Shown here: positions 47,233-55,682 of the stretch, one piece after another
How the letters are laid out: each line of letters starts with the position of its first letter
Position numbering within the stretch: position 1 is the first letter of the stretch
Assembly (NCBI GenBank): GCA_942492115.1
Contig: CALODL010000002.1
Span: 242,803-306,802 of the forward strand
Source of the DNA: an uncultured Planctomycetota bacterium
GTDB lineage: Bacteria > Planctomycetota > Phycisphaerae > UBA1845 > CAIVHJ01
DNA length: 64,000 nt
Reading direction: 5' to 3'
The notes under the pieces: generated by a model
What the model was told of the DNA's origin: nothing
What the model saw: the letters and a program-made list of their open reading frames with translations, nothing else
Databases searched by the model: none
Translations under genes and position numbers: made by a program

Positions 47233-47957
47233 CGGTTGACCTCCGGCTGCTCGGCCAGCACATCGAACAGCAGGTCTGCAGTGAACGTCGTATTGTCTTT
47301 CGTTCGGGTCGTGCGCACGCGGTAATCGCCGGCGGCGTTGATGGTAAAGTGCGCCGTTCCGGCCGCATCGGTGCGAACCGTGGACACGCCACCCGGGCCG
47401 GTGATCGTGAGCTCCCTCCCGGGTTGCTTGTTGCCGTCGAAGTACACCCGGACGCCCATGTCATCGCCGGGCCGCATGCGCAGTGGATCGACGAGAGGCA
47501 TGATCTCGATCTTCTGCCCGGCCTTGGCCATGATCCCGGGATCACCGTCGGGGGCGGCGACACCGGCCGGCGGTGCAACGCGGACGACCATGCGCGCGCA
47601 ATAAGTCGTCCGTTGCCATGCATCGCTGAGCCCCGCCAGTGACGGAGGCCCCGCCTCGAGCAGCACGACAGCCGCGCCCGGCTGTTTGAATTGCCAGTTG
47701 ACCACGCTCGTGTTCCGATCGAGGCCATCGAGCATACTGTCTTGTCGACCTGCTGTACGGACGACCAGGCGGCTGATGTGGGCGTTCTTGAACGTGACCT
47801 CGTCGGGGAGTGTGAGGTACAGCGTCGTGCGTTCGCGTGTGGCCACCTGCAGCGTCGCCTGGCGCCGTGCGGACAACAGATGCAGGCCACTGGTATCCGC
47901 CGGCGTCTGCGTGAGGGCCATCAGGATCAACGAGGTACTCAGGTGTGGTGATATCAT
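47229..47957 (-). CDS. DUF4198-like secreted protein
   Basis: Signal-like MISPHLSTSLILMALTQ. The C-terminal pattern (KIEIMPLVDPLRMRPGDDMGVRVYFDGNKQPGRELTI...VRTDAAGTAHFTINAAGDYRV) is typical of DUF4198. The stop overlaps the start of the BNR gene (ATGA). Confidence 0.4.
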   Translation of the reverse strand: MISPHLSTSLILMALTQTPADTSGLHLLSARRQATLQVATRERTTLYLTLPDEVTFKNAHISRLVVRTAGRQDSMLDGLDRNTSVVNWQFKQPGAAVVLLEAGPPSLAGLSDAWQRTTYCARMVVRVAPPAGVAAPDGDPGIMAKAGQKIEIMPLVDPLRMRPGDDMGVRVYFDGNKQPGRELTITGPGGVSTVRTDAAGTAHFTINAAGDYRVRTTRTKDNTTFTADLLFDVLAEQPEVNR

Positions 47958-48128
47958 GCCTGGCTCGATTCTCAGTGACGGTCGGTGAGCAGTGATCGGC
48001 CCCTGCGGGCCTCCCTGGATTCTAGATGCTAGAGGAGAGAATTCAGAATGCCAAAAAAAAGGTTCTTCACGCACTTCCGGGATGGGCCTGCACACATGAT
48101 CCTGTTGACGCACGCGTGGCGCAGGTTC

Positions 48129-48165
48129 CAAAAAAAGAAGCCGCCCCCCGAGCGGGGGGGCGGCT
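48129..48165 (-). terminator. rho-independent terminator after the giant gene
   Basis: Minus strand: GCCGCCCCCC-gctc-GGGGGGCGGC followed by TTCTTTTTTT, about 30 nt after the stop at 48196. Confidence 0.8.
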
Positions 48166-48195
48166 CCGATTGTAGCCCGTTAATGTTATGGCATT

Positions 48196-51100
48196 CTAAC
48201 GCGGGCGGACTTCGGACTTCCCGGCAGCGATCTTGATGACCGCCGGACGCGTACTGCTGACGGCGATCTTGGCCCGAGCAGGCGTCGGGAACAGGAAGGT
48301 CCGTTGCGCCGGATCCGCGTTGTCATGCAACAGATCGATGGTGAACGTCCCGCGGGCATCACGCCCGACACGATAGGTAAAGGTCGCCAGGTAGGCCCGC
48401 CCTGCAGTGGCGATGCCCGGGGTGTCCAATCCCGCGACCATCTGATCGATCCGCGTGTTGAACGCCTCCCAGCTGGCCTCAAAAGCCACGTCCCGTCGCG
48501 ATTCGATGCTGATGTCGACGAGTTCGAGCGTACCGCGCTCACCACCGGCGACCGCGAGATGCAACTGGTAGCCACGCAGATCACTTACGGCGTCATCGAA
48601 GTACACGTCGACGCTGACGAGGTCGCCCGGTCGGGCGCTGCGGGTCGCGGCAATCAGGCTGACGCCCGTGGTATCGACCACCTCGACGGGGGCCTCGACC
48701 ACCGGCGCTGGATCTCCGCCACAGGGACACAGGTTCTCGCCACCGAAACAACTCAACGCGGCGAAGGCATCGTTGCCGTCGCACGTCGAGTCGAGGTTGC
48801 ACGACAGGAACTGACCGCCGGCATCGACGTTGTATACCGGGGTCGGCGACTCGTCTTCACACGTGAACGGGCCGCCGTCAGGCGACTGGCCGGAGAAGCA
48901 GTTGAGCGCCAGGAAGCGGTCGTTGCCATCGCAGGCCAGGTCGTTCTGACAGGCACCGAATTGACCGCCCATGTCGGACTGGCCCGGACCACGGGGTGCG
49001 CTGGTGCACACGCCCGCGACACAGGCATACCACAGACACGGGTCGTCACGCACGCCATCCTGATTGATGTCGGCACAGTCGGCGAGGACCACACACGGTA
49101 GATCGCAGACGACCCCGGCACAGTTCGAGCCGTCGCCCTGGTACGTTCCGCCCATGGCCACACACGCATTGTCCGTTTCGATCGTACAGGTGCCGTTGAG
49201 GCAGCACGCGCCGGTCGGCAGGTCGCATTCCGGATTCGGACATGTCGTCCCATCTCCGACGTAGGTACCACCCGCGGCCACGCACTCATTCGGTGACAGG
49301 ATCGAACAGGTCCCGTCTATGCAGCAGGCTCCCGACGGCAGGTCACAGGCCGCGTTCGGGCACGTCGTGCCGTCGCCCTGGTAGGCGCCGCCATTGGCGG
49401 CACAATCGTCGCCGGTCTCGATCGTGCAGTTCCCGTCCAGGCAGCAGGCTCCTGTCGGTAGATCACAGGCTGCATTCGGGCACGTCGTGCCATTGCCCTG
49501 GTATGTTCCACCGATGGCAGCACAGCCGTTTACGGTGGTCAACGTGCAGTTGCCGTCGAGGCAGCACGCACCGCGACAGACCGGATCACTGGCGCAGTCC
49601 GTGTCGTCGCAATCGACGAAGGTATCGCAGTCGTTATCGACGCCGTCGGTACAGCTGGTTTCGACCGGTGGCGGTGGGCCGCAGTCGATCGGGCAGTTGC
49701 ACTGGTCTTCCGGTGCGTCACAGGCGCCGTCGCCGCAGATGCCCGGACAGACGTCCGGACCACAAGGCGTGTTCGGAACGAACGTTCCACCGAACATGTT
49801 CTCGCAGGCCGCCTGGCTGGTATTCACGCAGCCGCCGGTTGGCAGACAGCACGCGCCGGTGACCGGGCAGGCCGCCGGATCACTCGGGCAGAACGTTGCG
49901 TCGTCCGGGCAGAAGGTAAACGTGCACATCGTGGCATCCTGCGGGCACACGGTGTCAAAGCCCGGGCAGGTGGTGACGACCACGCCGCAAGTCGTCGGAT
50001 CACACGGGCAGGTCGTCGGGACCTGTGGGCAGGTCGTTTCGAGCTGCGGGCACATGGTGTCCTGTTGCGGGCACAGCGTCGGGATGTCTGCACACATCGT
50101 CACCTGGACCGTGCATTCGGTCGGGATTTCAGGACATGCCGTTGGCGTGTTCGGGCAGCTCGTCGGCAGCCCGGTGTCGCACAGTGTCGGCGTGAACGGG
50201 CATGACGTGATGACCGTCTCGCAGAATGTCGGATTCGCCGGGAAGATGGTGAACTCACACGCACCCGGTTGCTGCGGACACAGCGTTTGTTCCACCGGAC
50301 AGTTCGTGATCTCGCCCGGACAGCGCGTCGGATCACACGGACACGACGTCAACTCGAACGGGCAGGCAGTGACGATGTCACTGCACACGGTGAACGTCGG
50401 TTCACAAATGGTGAACTCGCAGAAGGTCGGATCCGGCGGACACTCGGTCACGATGGCCGGGCAGACGGTCGGTTCGACCGGCTGAATCGTCGGATCAGGC
50501 GGACAATCGGAGGTCACCGGACACAGCGTGAACTGCGGCGGACAGAACGTTGGAACGTCGGGACACTGTGTAAACGAGCACAGGGTCGGTTCCTGCGGAC
50601 ACTCGGTCGGGAACTCCGGACAGAACGTCTGGTCGACCGGACAACTCGTGGGATCGCACGGACACAGCGTCTGCGTCAGTGGACACGTGGTCTGCAGCTG
50701 CGGACACAGGGTGTCCTGGACCGGACACACTGTGACGGTGCCGTCGGGACAGGTCGTCGTGCTGGCGTCACACATGGTCACCTGATCGGGACACACGGTG
50801 GCGACATTCGGACACATGGTCGGGGCACCCGTCGTGCACACCGTGGGTGTCTGTGGGCACTCGGTGACTTGCGCCGCGCAGAACGTCGGCACGTCCGGGC
50901 ACACGGTGAACTGACACAGCGTCGCGGCCTGCGGGCACTCCGTGGGGGCCTGCGGACATGCCGTCAGCTGAATCGGGCAGTTCGTCGGATCACATGGGCA
51001 TTCCGTGAAGGTGATCGGACACGCAGTGGGCTCCATTGGGAACACCGTCGGGTCAGGCGGGCAGCCCGCGGCCGGATCGGGCGGACAGAACGTTGGCGTA

Positions 51101-54100
51101 TCCGGGCAGAATGTATGCGTGCAGAACGTCACATCCTGCGGACACACGGTGTCAAAGCCCGGGCACGTCGTGGGCACGATCCCGCAGGTCGTCGGATCGC
51201 ACGGGCATTCCGTGGGGATCAACGGACACGTTGTCTGCAGCTGCGGGCACAGCGTCACCTCACCCACGCACACCGTAGGCGTCGCGGGACAGGCGGTGAT
51301 TTGGCCACAGGTCGTGGGGATTTCCGGACACGCGGTGAACGTGCCGTCGCACAGCGTCGGGGCACCCGTGACACACTCGGTCGGACTCTGCGGACAGGTT
51401 GTGATGGTCGCCGGACAGAATGTCGGCATGTCCGGGAAGATGGTGAATTCGCATTCGCCCGGAATCTGCGGGCACAGCGTTTGTTCGAACGGACACAGTG
51501 TCGCGTTGCCCGGACAGGTCGTCGGGTCGCACGGACAGGCGGTCAGTTCGAATGGGCACGATGTCGGATCGATCGTGCATGTGGTGAACGTCGGTTCACA
51601 AACGGTGAATTCGCAGAACGTCGGATCCGGTGGACACTCGGTCACGATCTGCGGGCAGAACGTCGGTTCGACCGGTTGAGTGGTTGGATCCGGTGGACAG
51701 TCGGGTGTAATCGGGCACAGGGTCGGAGTGGTCGGACAGAAGGTGACCGTTTCGGCACACATTGTGAACTCGCACACCGTTGGAATCACGGGGCACTCGG
51801 TGGTGAACTTCGGGCACTCAGTGTAGGTGATCGGACATGTCGTCGGGTCACATGGACACACCGAAGGTGTCACCGGGCACGTTGTTTGCAGTTGCGGGCA
51901 GATCGTGTCGGCGACCGGACAGACGGTGGCCGTGCCTGCGGGGCACGTCGTGGTCTGGACATCACACATCGTGACCTGGTCGGGACACACGGTGGCCGTC
52001 CCCGGACAGGCGGTCGGAGCGCCGGTTGTGCACATCGTGGGGGTCACCGGGCACTCGGTCAGGATGGGCTCACAGAACGTCGGAACGTTCGGGCACTCGG
52101 TAAACTGACACAGCGTTGGCAACTGCGGACACTCGGTCGGACTGTCGGGACATTCGGTGAACACCACCGGGCAGCGCGTCACGTCGCACGGGCACACGGT
52201 GAATTGACTCGGGCACGTCGTCAGTGAGATCGGGCACTCCGTCGGCACCTGTGGACAGGTCGTCGGGTTCATCGGGAAGACCGTCGGATCCGGACAGCCC
52301 GTGCCATCAGGTGGGCAGAACGTGGCGTCCTGCGGGCATTCGGTGAATGTGCAGAATGTCGGCTCGTTCGGACACATGGTCGTAAACTGCGGACAAACGG
52401 TCAGGATGGTCGAGCACGTCGTCGGGTCACACGGACACACCGTTGGCTGTTCAGGGCACGTGGTCTGCAAGGCCGGGCACTGCGTGACCATGACCGGACA
52501 GACCGTGGCCGTACCATCACCGCACTCCGTCGGTGCCTGGCTGCACAACGTTGGGACGTCAGGACAAACCGTGAACGACGGACACAGTGTCGGCTGGGTT
52601 TGGCATTGCGTGATGTTGCTCGGGCAGACGGTGACCGTCTGCGGGCATTCGGTAAACACCACGGGACAGAAGGTCGGTTGATCCGGGAAGATGGTCGGAT
52701 CGCACTCACCAGGAAGAACCGGGCAGACCGTAGGGGCATCACCCGGGCATACCGTCAGCTGGCCGGGGCAGCGCGTCACATCACATGGACAGGATGTCGG
52801 TTGCATCGGGCAGAAGGTGACTTCGCTCGGGCACTCGGTGAATGCCTGGGGACACACGGTGAATTCACAGACCGTCGGTTCCTGCGGACATTCGGTCGGG
52901 ACCACCGGGCAGTTGGTCGGATCGATCGGGAAAACCGTGGGGTCGGGTGGCGGCGGGCACTCGCCGGCAATCAGCGGGCACGTCGTCGGGATTTGCGGGA
53001 AGATGGTCCATTCGCAGATCGCCGGATCGACGGGACACGATGTAATCGTCGTGGGGCAGAATGTCGGCTGAGGCGGACACGAAGTGGGATCGCAAGGACA
53101 TTCGGTCATCGTCAGCGGACACGAGGTCACCGCGCTGGGACAGAACGTGGGTTCGCAGACGGTCGGAATCCCTGGACATTCGGTGACGAATCCGCAAACG
53201 GTCGGAATCTCCGGGCAGACCGTGGCCTGGCCCGGGCACTGCGTGAACTGGCAGAACGTCGGCTGTGCTTCACACATCGTGGTGTCGCTCATGCACTGGG
53301 TCGGTGCCTGCGGACACGATGTCGGATCCGCGCCGGGGCACAATGTCGCGGCTGCGGGACAGGAGGTGACGTTGCCGCAGAATGTCGGCAGGTCCGGACA
53401 GACCGTGAATTCGCAGAGCGTTGGGGCCTGCGGACACTGGGTCGGGGCTTGCGGGCAGGTCGTCGGGATCTGCGGGCAGAACGTCGGGCTCGTCGGGAAG
53501 ATCGTGAAATCAGTTTTGATGCAACCATCGGGCGAGATCGGAATGTCGAGACAGAAAGCGTGGTCGTAATCGGTGACCTCGGCGGCGGTGTACGCAAAGT
53601 CCCCATCAGTGTCGTGTACGGCTCGGGCATCTCCGGGCGGTGCGGTTTCCCATGACCACACGCAGTCCCCCGATGTCGTCGCCAGGATCTCGATCCAGCA
53701 GCACTGGCCAGCGGCCACGGTCAAAGGAGGATCGATGGTCACCTGGTACTGCCACTCCGGGAACGAACCGCCGACCAGCAGGCCGGTAGAAGACTTGGCG
53801 ACGGTGGCGAACCCGTAGGACGCTTTGACTGCACCGGGCAGGCCGCCCGCATCTTCGTAATAGGTAATGCGGAACTCGTCAGGTCCACCGATCGGGCAGC
53901 CGGCCCCGGAGGCGATGTCGCTGTAGAAGCCCCACCAGCACAGCGATGTGATGGTCGAATCTGCGGTCGGGGTGAAGCAATCGGCAGCGCGCGGAAATCC
54001 GGCGATGGGATTGAAATCACTGAGCGCGCCCAGCGTCAGGCCCGCCCCGTGTCCCATCTGGTCGGGCAGCTGGCAGCCGACGGCAGTATCACAGAAGGCG

Positions 54101-54279
54101 CCGGGAGCCCCCTGGGCCGAGCCATTCACCGCGAATTGTCCGCTGCCGGAACCGAGTATGCGGCTACGGAACGACTTGTCGCGACGCGGCTGGGTTTCGG
54201 TCATCTGCGCGGCAAGTGGGCCGGCCAGGACCGCGAGGGGGAGGATGTACGCACACAACATGGGGCGCGGGCGGAACAT
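48196..54279 (-). CDS. giant secreted Cys/Pro/Thr-rich repeat protein (~2027 aa): N-terminal beta-rich domain, ~1200-aa Cys-heptad region, 5 GACC repeats, dockerin-like pair, cohesin-like domain
   Basis: Uninterrupted ORF. The ATG at 54279 has a GGAAGGA SD 7 nt upstream. Signal peptide MFRPRPMLCAYILPLAVLAGPLAAQ. The central region is CPQIPTTCPQAPTQCPQAPTLCEFTVCPDLPTFC... The C-terminal 330 aa are colinear with the C-terminus of 37544-39697. Confidence 0.85.
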   Translation of the reverse strand: MFRPRPMLCAYILPLAVLAGPLAAQMTETQPRRDKSFRSRILGSGSGQFAVNGSAQGAPGAFCDTAVGCQLPDQMGHGAGLTLGALSDFNPIAGFPRAADCFTPTADSTITSLCWWGFYSDIASGAGCPIGGPDEFRITYYEDAGGLPGAVKASYGFATVAKSSTGLLVGGSFPEWQYQVTIDPPLTVAAGQCCWIEILATTSGDCVWSWETAPPGDARAVHDTDGDFAYTAAEVTDYDHAFCLDIPISPDGCIKTDFTIFPTSPTFCPQIPTTCPQAPTQCPQAPTLCEFTVCPDLPTFCGNVTSCPAAATLCPGADPTSCPQAPTQCMSDTTMCEAQPTFCQFTQCPGQATVCPEIPTVCGFVTECPGIPTVCEPTFCPSAVTSCPLTMTECPCDPTSCPPQPTFCPTTITSCPVDPAICEWTIFPQIPTTCPLIAGECPPPPDPTVFPIDPTNCPVVPTECPQEPTVCEFTVCPQAFTECPSEVTFCPMQPTSCPCDVTRCPGQLTVCPGDAPTVCPVLPGECDPTIFPDQPTFCPVVFTECPQTVTVCPSNITQCQTQPTLCPSFTVCPDVPTLCSQAPTECGDGTATVCPVMVTQCPALQTTCPEQPTVCPCDPTTCSTILTVCPQFTTMCPNEPTFCTFTECPQDATFCPPDGTGCPDPTVFPMNPTTCPQVPTECPISLTTCPSQFTVCPCDVTRCPVVFTECPDSPTECPQLPTLCQFTECPNVPTFCEPILTECPVTPTMCTTGAPTACPGTATVCPDQVTMCDVQTTTCPAGTATVCPVADTICPQLQTTCPVTPSVCPCDPTTCPITYTECPKFTTECPVIPTVCEFTMCAETVTFCPTTPTLCPITPDCPPDPTTQPVEPTFCPQIVTECPPDPTFCEFTVCEPTFTTCTIDPTSCPFELTACPCDPTTCPGNATLCPFEQTLCPQIPGECEFTIFPDMPTFCPATITTCPQSPTECVTGAPTLCDGTFTACPEIPTTCGQITACPATPTVCVGEVTLCPQLQTTCPLIPTECPCDPTTCGIVPTTCPGFDTVCPQDVTFCTHTFCPDTPTFCPPDPAAGCPPDPTVFPMEPTACPITFTECPCDPTNCPIQLTACPQAPTECPQAATLCQFTVCPDVPTFCAAQVTECPQTPTVCTTGAPTMCPNVATVCPDQVTMCDASTTTCPDGTVTVCPVQDTLCPQLQTTCPLTQTLCPCDPTSCPVDQTFCPEFPTECPQEPTLCSFTQCPDVPTFCPPQFTLCPVTSDCPPDPTIQPVEPTVCPAIVTECPPDPTFCEFTICEPTFTVCSDIVTACPFELTSCPCDPTRCPGEITNCPVEQTLCPQQPGACEFTIFPANPTFCETVITSCPFTPTLCDTGLPTSCPNTPTACPEIPTECTVQVTMCADIPTLCPQQDTMCPQLETTCPQVPTTCPCDPTTCGVVVTTCPGFDTVCPQDATMCTFTFCPDDATFCPSDPAACPVTGACCLPTGGCVNTSQAACENMFGGTFVPNTPCGPDVCPGICGDGACDAPEDQCNCPIDCGPPPPVETSCTDGVDNDCDTFVDCDDTDCASDPVCRGACCLDGNCTLTTVNGCAAIGGTYQGNGTTCPNAACDLPTGACCLDGNCTIETGDDCAANGGAYQGDGTTCPNAACDLPSGACCIDGTCSILSPNECVAAGGTYVGDGTTCPNPECDLPTGACCLNGTCTIETDNACVAMGGTYQGDGSNCAGVVCDLPCVVLADCADINQDGVRDDPCLWYACVAGVCTSAPRGPGQSDMGGQFGACQNDLACDGNDRFLALNCFSGQSPDGGPFTCEDESPTPVYNVDAGGQFLSCNLDSTCDGNDAFAALSCFGGENLCPCGGDPAPVVEAPVEVVDTTGVSLIAATRSARPGDLVSVDVYFDDAVSDLRGYQLHLAVAGGERGTLELVDISIESRRDVAFEASWEAFNTRIDQMVAGLDTPGIATAGRAYLATFTYRVGRDARGTFTIDLLHDNADPAQRTFLFPTPARAKIAVSSTRPAVIKIAAGKSEVRPR
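49867..53505 (-). repeat. coding tandem-repeat region: 7-codon Cys-periodic units nested in ~1.2-kb super-repeats (about 3 copies)
   Basis: Cys recurs mostly every 7 residues, with landmarks CPCDPT[ST]C and CEFT[VI]. Near-identical segments recur with an offset of about 1194 nt (compare the stretches ending near 50485 and 51679). Confidence 0.85.
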
Positions 54280-54636
54280 ACCTATTCCTTCCAAGTAGCT
54301 TGCCAGGAGCCTGGCAACAACAAAACTGGTGCGCTATTCGGAGATCACCGACCTGCACGATCGGAGGAGTCCACCCATCCGAGATGAGTCTCGAAGTACG
54401 CTGTCGACTTCCAGACTGGACGTGTCTAACAAAATGTACCGTCACTTCAATCCTGTGCCAAGTGAATTGGTCAAAAAAATCCCCTGAGGGCGCTGCATAC
54501 GACTAATTTGCTGCGTAAGATGCTGAACGACATTTCTTTCTATCAGCCACAAAAGATTCGTGTCCCTGAGAGGTACACTGCAGGAGAGCGATTCTTTTGG
54601 AGAATCCCGAAGGCCCACGCGACCAGGAGGCTGGAC

Positions 54637-55638
54637 ATGAGAACCATGGTGGTGACGATCAGCGGCGGCTTGCTCGCCCTCGTCGGTGTGACTGTTCTGG
54701 CAATGGCAGATGCCAATCTCTTCGATGAGGATCCCGAGTTTTCACCACTGTATAAAGCCACTCTGGAAGACGCGTTTTCACGGTTCAAGGCCAGTGAGGG
54801 ACGCGTACCGCCCGGCGGGTCTGCAACCCCTGAGCCGCGTCCTCAACCACCGCAGCAGCCGATCGCCCGCGCGACCCCGCAGCCGGGCGCCCGGGGCGGC
54901 TTGCTGGGCATCAACAAGAACGCTCCTGTCGGCAACCAGCGTACCCTGCCCGGCCGGACCGGCGCTGCCACACCGCCGACCCACGTTCATGACGACGGTG
55001 GCCCGCACATGCAACGTGGCTCGCAATTGTCCGCCCAGAGGCAATACGACCAGGCCATCGCCGAATTCCGCCTGGCGTTACAGGAGAATCCAAGTCGATC
55101 GCTGGCGCAACACTACATCGGTGATGCGCTGCGCGCCCAGGGTAAACACGATGAAGCGATTGCGGCCTACCAGGCGACCCTCGCCATCAAGCCGGACTAC
55201 TACTGTTGTTATACCCACATGGCTGAAATTCGTGAGGCCCAGCAGAACACGGCCGCAGCCGAGGCGTTCTACCAGCAGGCCATCGCGGGATACATGCAGC
55301 AGGTCGGTGCCAACGGTCCGCAATCGAACATCGCCGCCTACAACCTGGCCAAACTCTACCTCGACAAGAACCGCGGCACGACGGCCGAAATCGTGCGCTT
55401 CGCCGAGAAAGCTGGAAACGTCAATCCACCCCAGGCGCCGTATCTTCACGTCCTCGCGCGGGCGTACGAAAAGGCCGGTCGCCGGGATGAGGCGCTGGCC
55501 ATCATGAACCGCGTCATGGGGATGCAGATGGAGCCGGTCCATCGCCAGTACTACGACAACTACCGCCGACAGCTGACGGCTCAAGGGGCTGCGCCAGGGG
55601 CTGCTCCGGGTGGCCCACCCGCCGCCGGAGGACGTTGA
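54637..55638 (+). CDS. membrane-anchored TPR repeat protein
   Basis: AGGAGG SD 6 nt before the ATG. N-terminal TM MRTMVVTISGGLLALVGVTVLAMA, a Pro-rich linker, then TPR repeats (YDQAIAEFRLALQENP..., HDEAIAAYQATLAIKPDY...). Confidence 0.75.
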   Translation: MRTMVVTISGGLLALVGVTVLAMADANLFDEDPEFSPLYKATLEDAFSRFKASEGRVPPGGSATPEPRPQPPQQPIARATPQPGARGGLLGINKNAPVGNQRTLPGRTGAATPPTHVHDDGGPHMQRGSQLSAQRQYDQAIAEFRLALQENPSRSLAQHYIGDALRAQGKHDEAIAAYQATLAIKPDYYCCYTHMAEIREAQQNTAAAEAFYQQAIAGYMQQVGANGPQSNIAAYNLAKLYLDKNRGTTAEIVRFAEKAGNVNPPQAPYLHVLARAYEKAGRRDEALAIMNRVMGMQMEPVHRQYYDNYRRQLTAQGAAPGAAPGGPPAAGGR

Positions 55639-55682
55639 GCGGCTTCGAATCCTCCGCACGGTCCACCTACAGGAGTTTTCTC

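Noticed and set aside
49394-53655. Very long plus-strand ORFs (363, 652, 351, 224 aa and others) antisense to the giant gene, with their own striking repeats (GHSV/GQNVG, or Arg-rich).
   Set aside because: They are mirror images of the Cys-heptad coding repeats. The codon composition (TGC/CCG/ACC…) simply lacks reverse-complement stops. They have no signal, SD or start context, and the minus-strand ORF is uninterrupted for 6 kb with a good SD, signal peptide and terminator.
55635-55660. tRNA T-arm-like string GGCTTCGAATCC.
   Set aside because: Flanking sequence cannot form the acceptor, D or anticodon stems, and it lies inside overlapping coding sequence.
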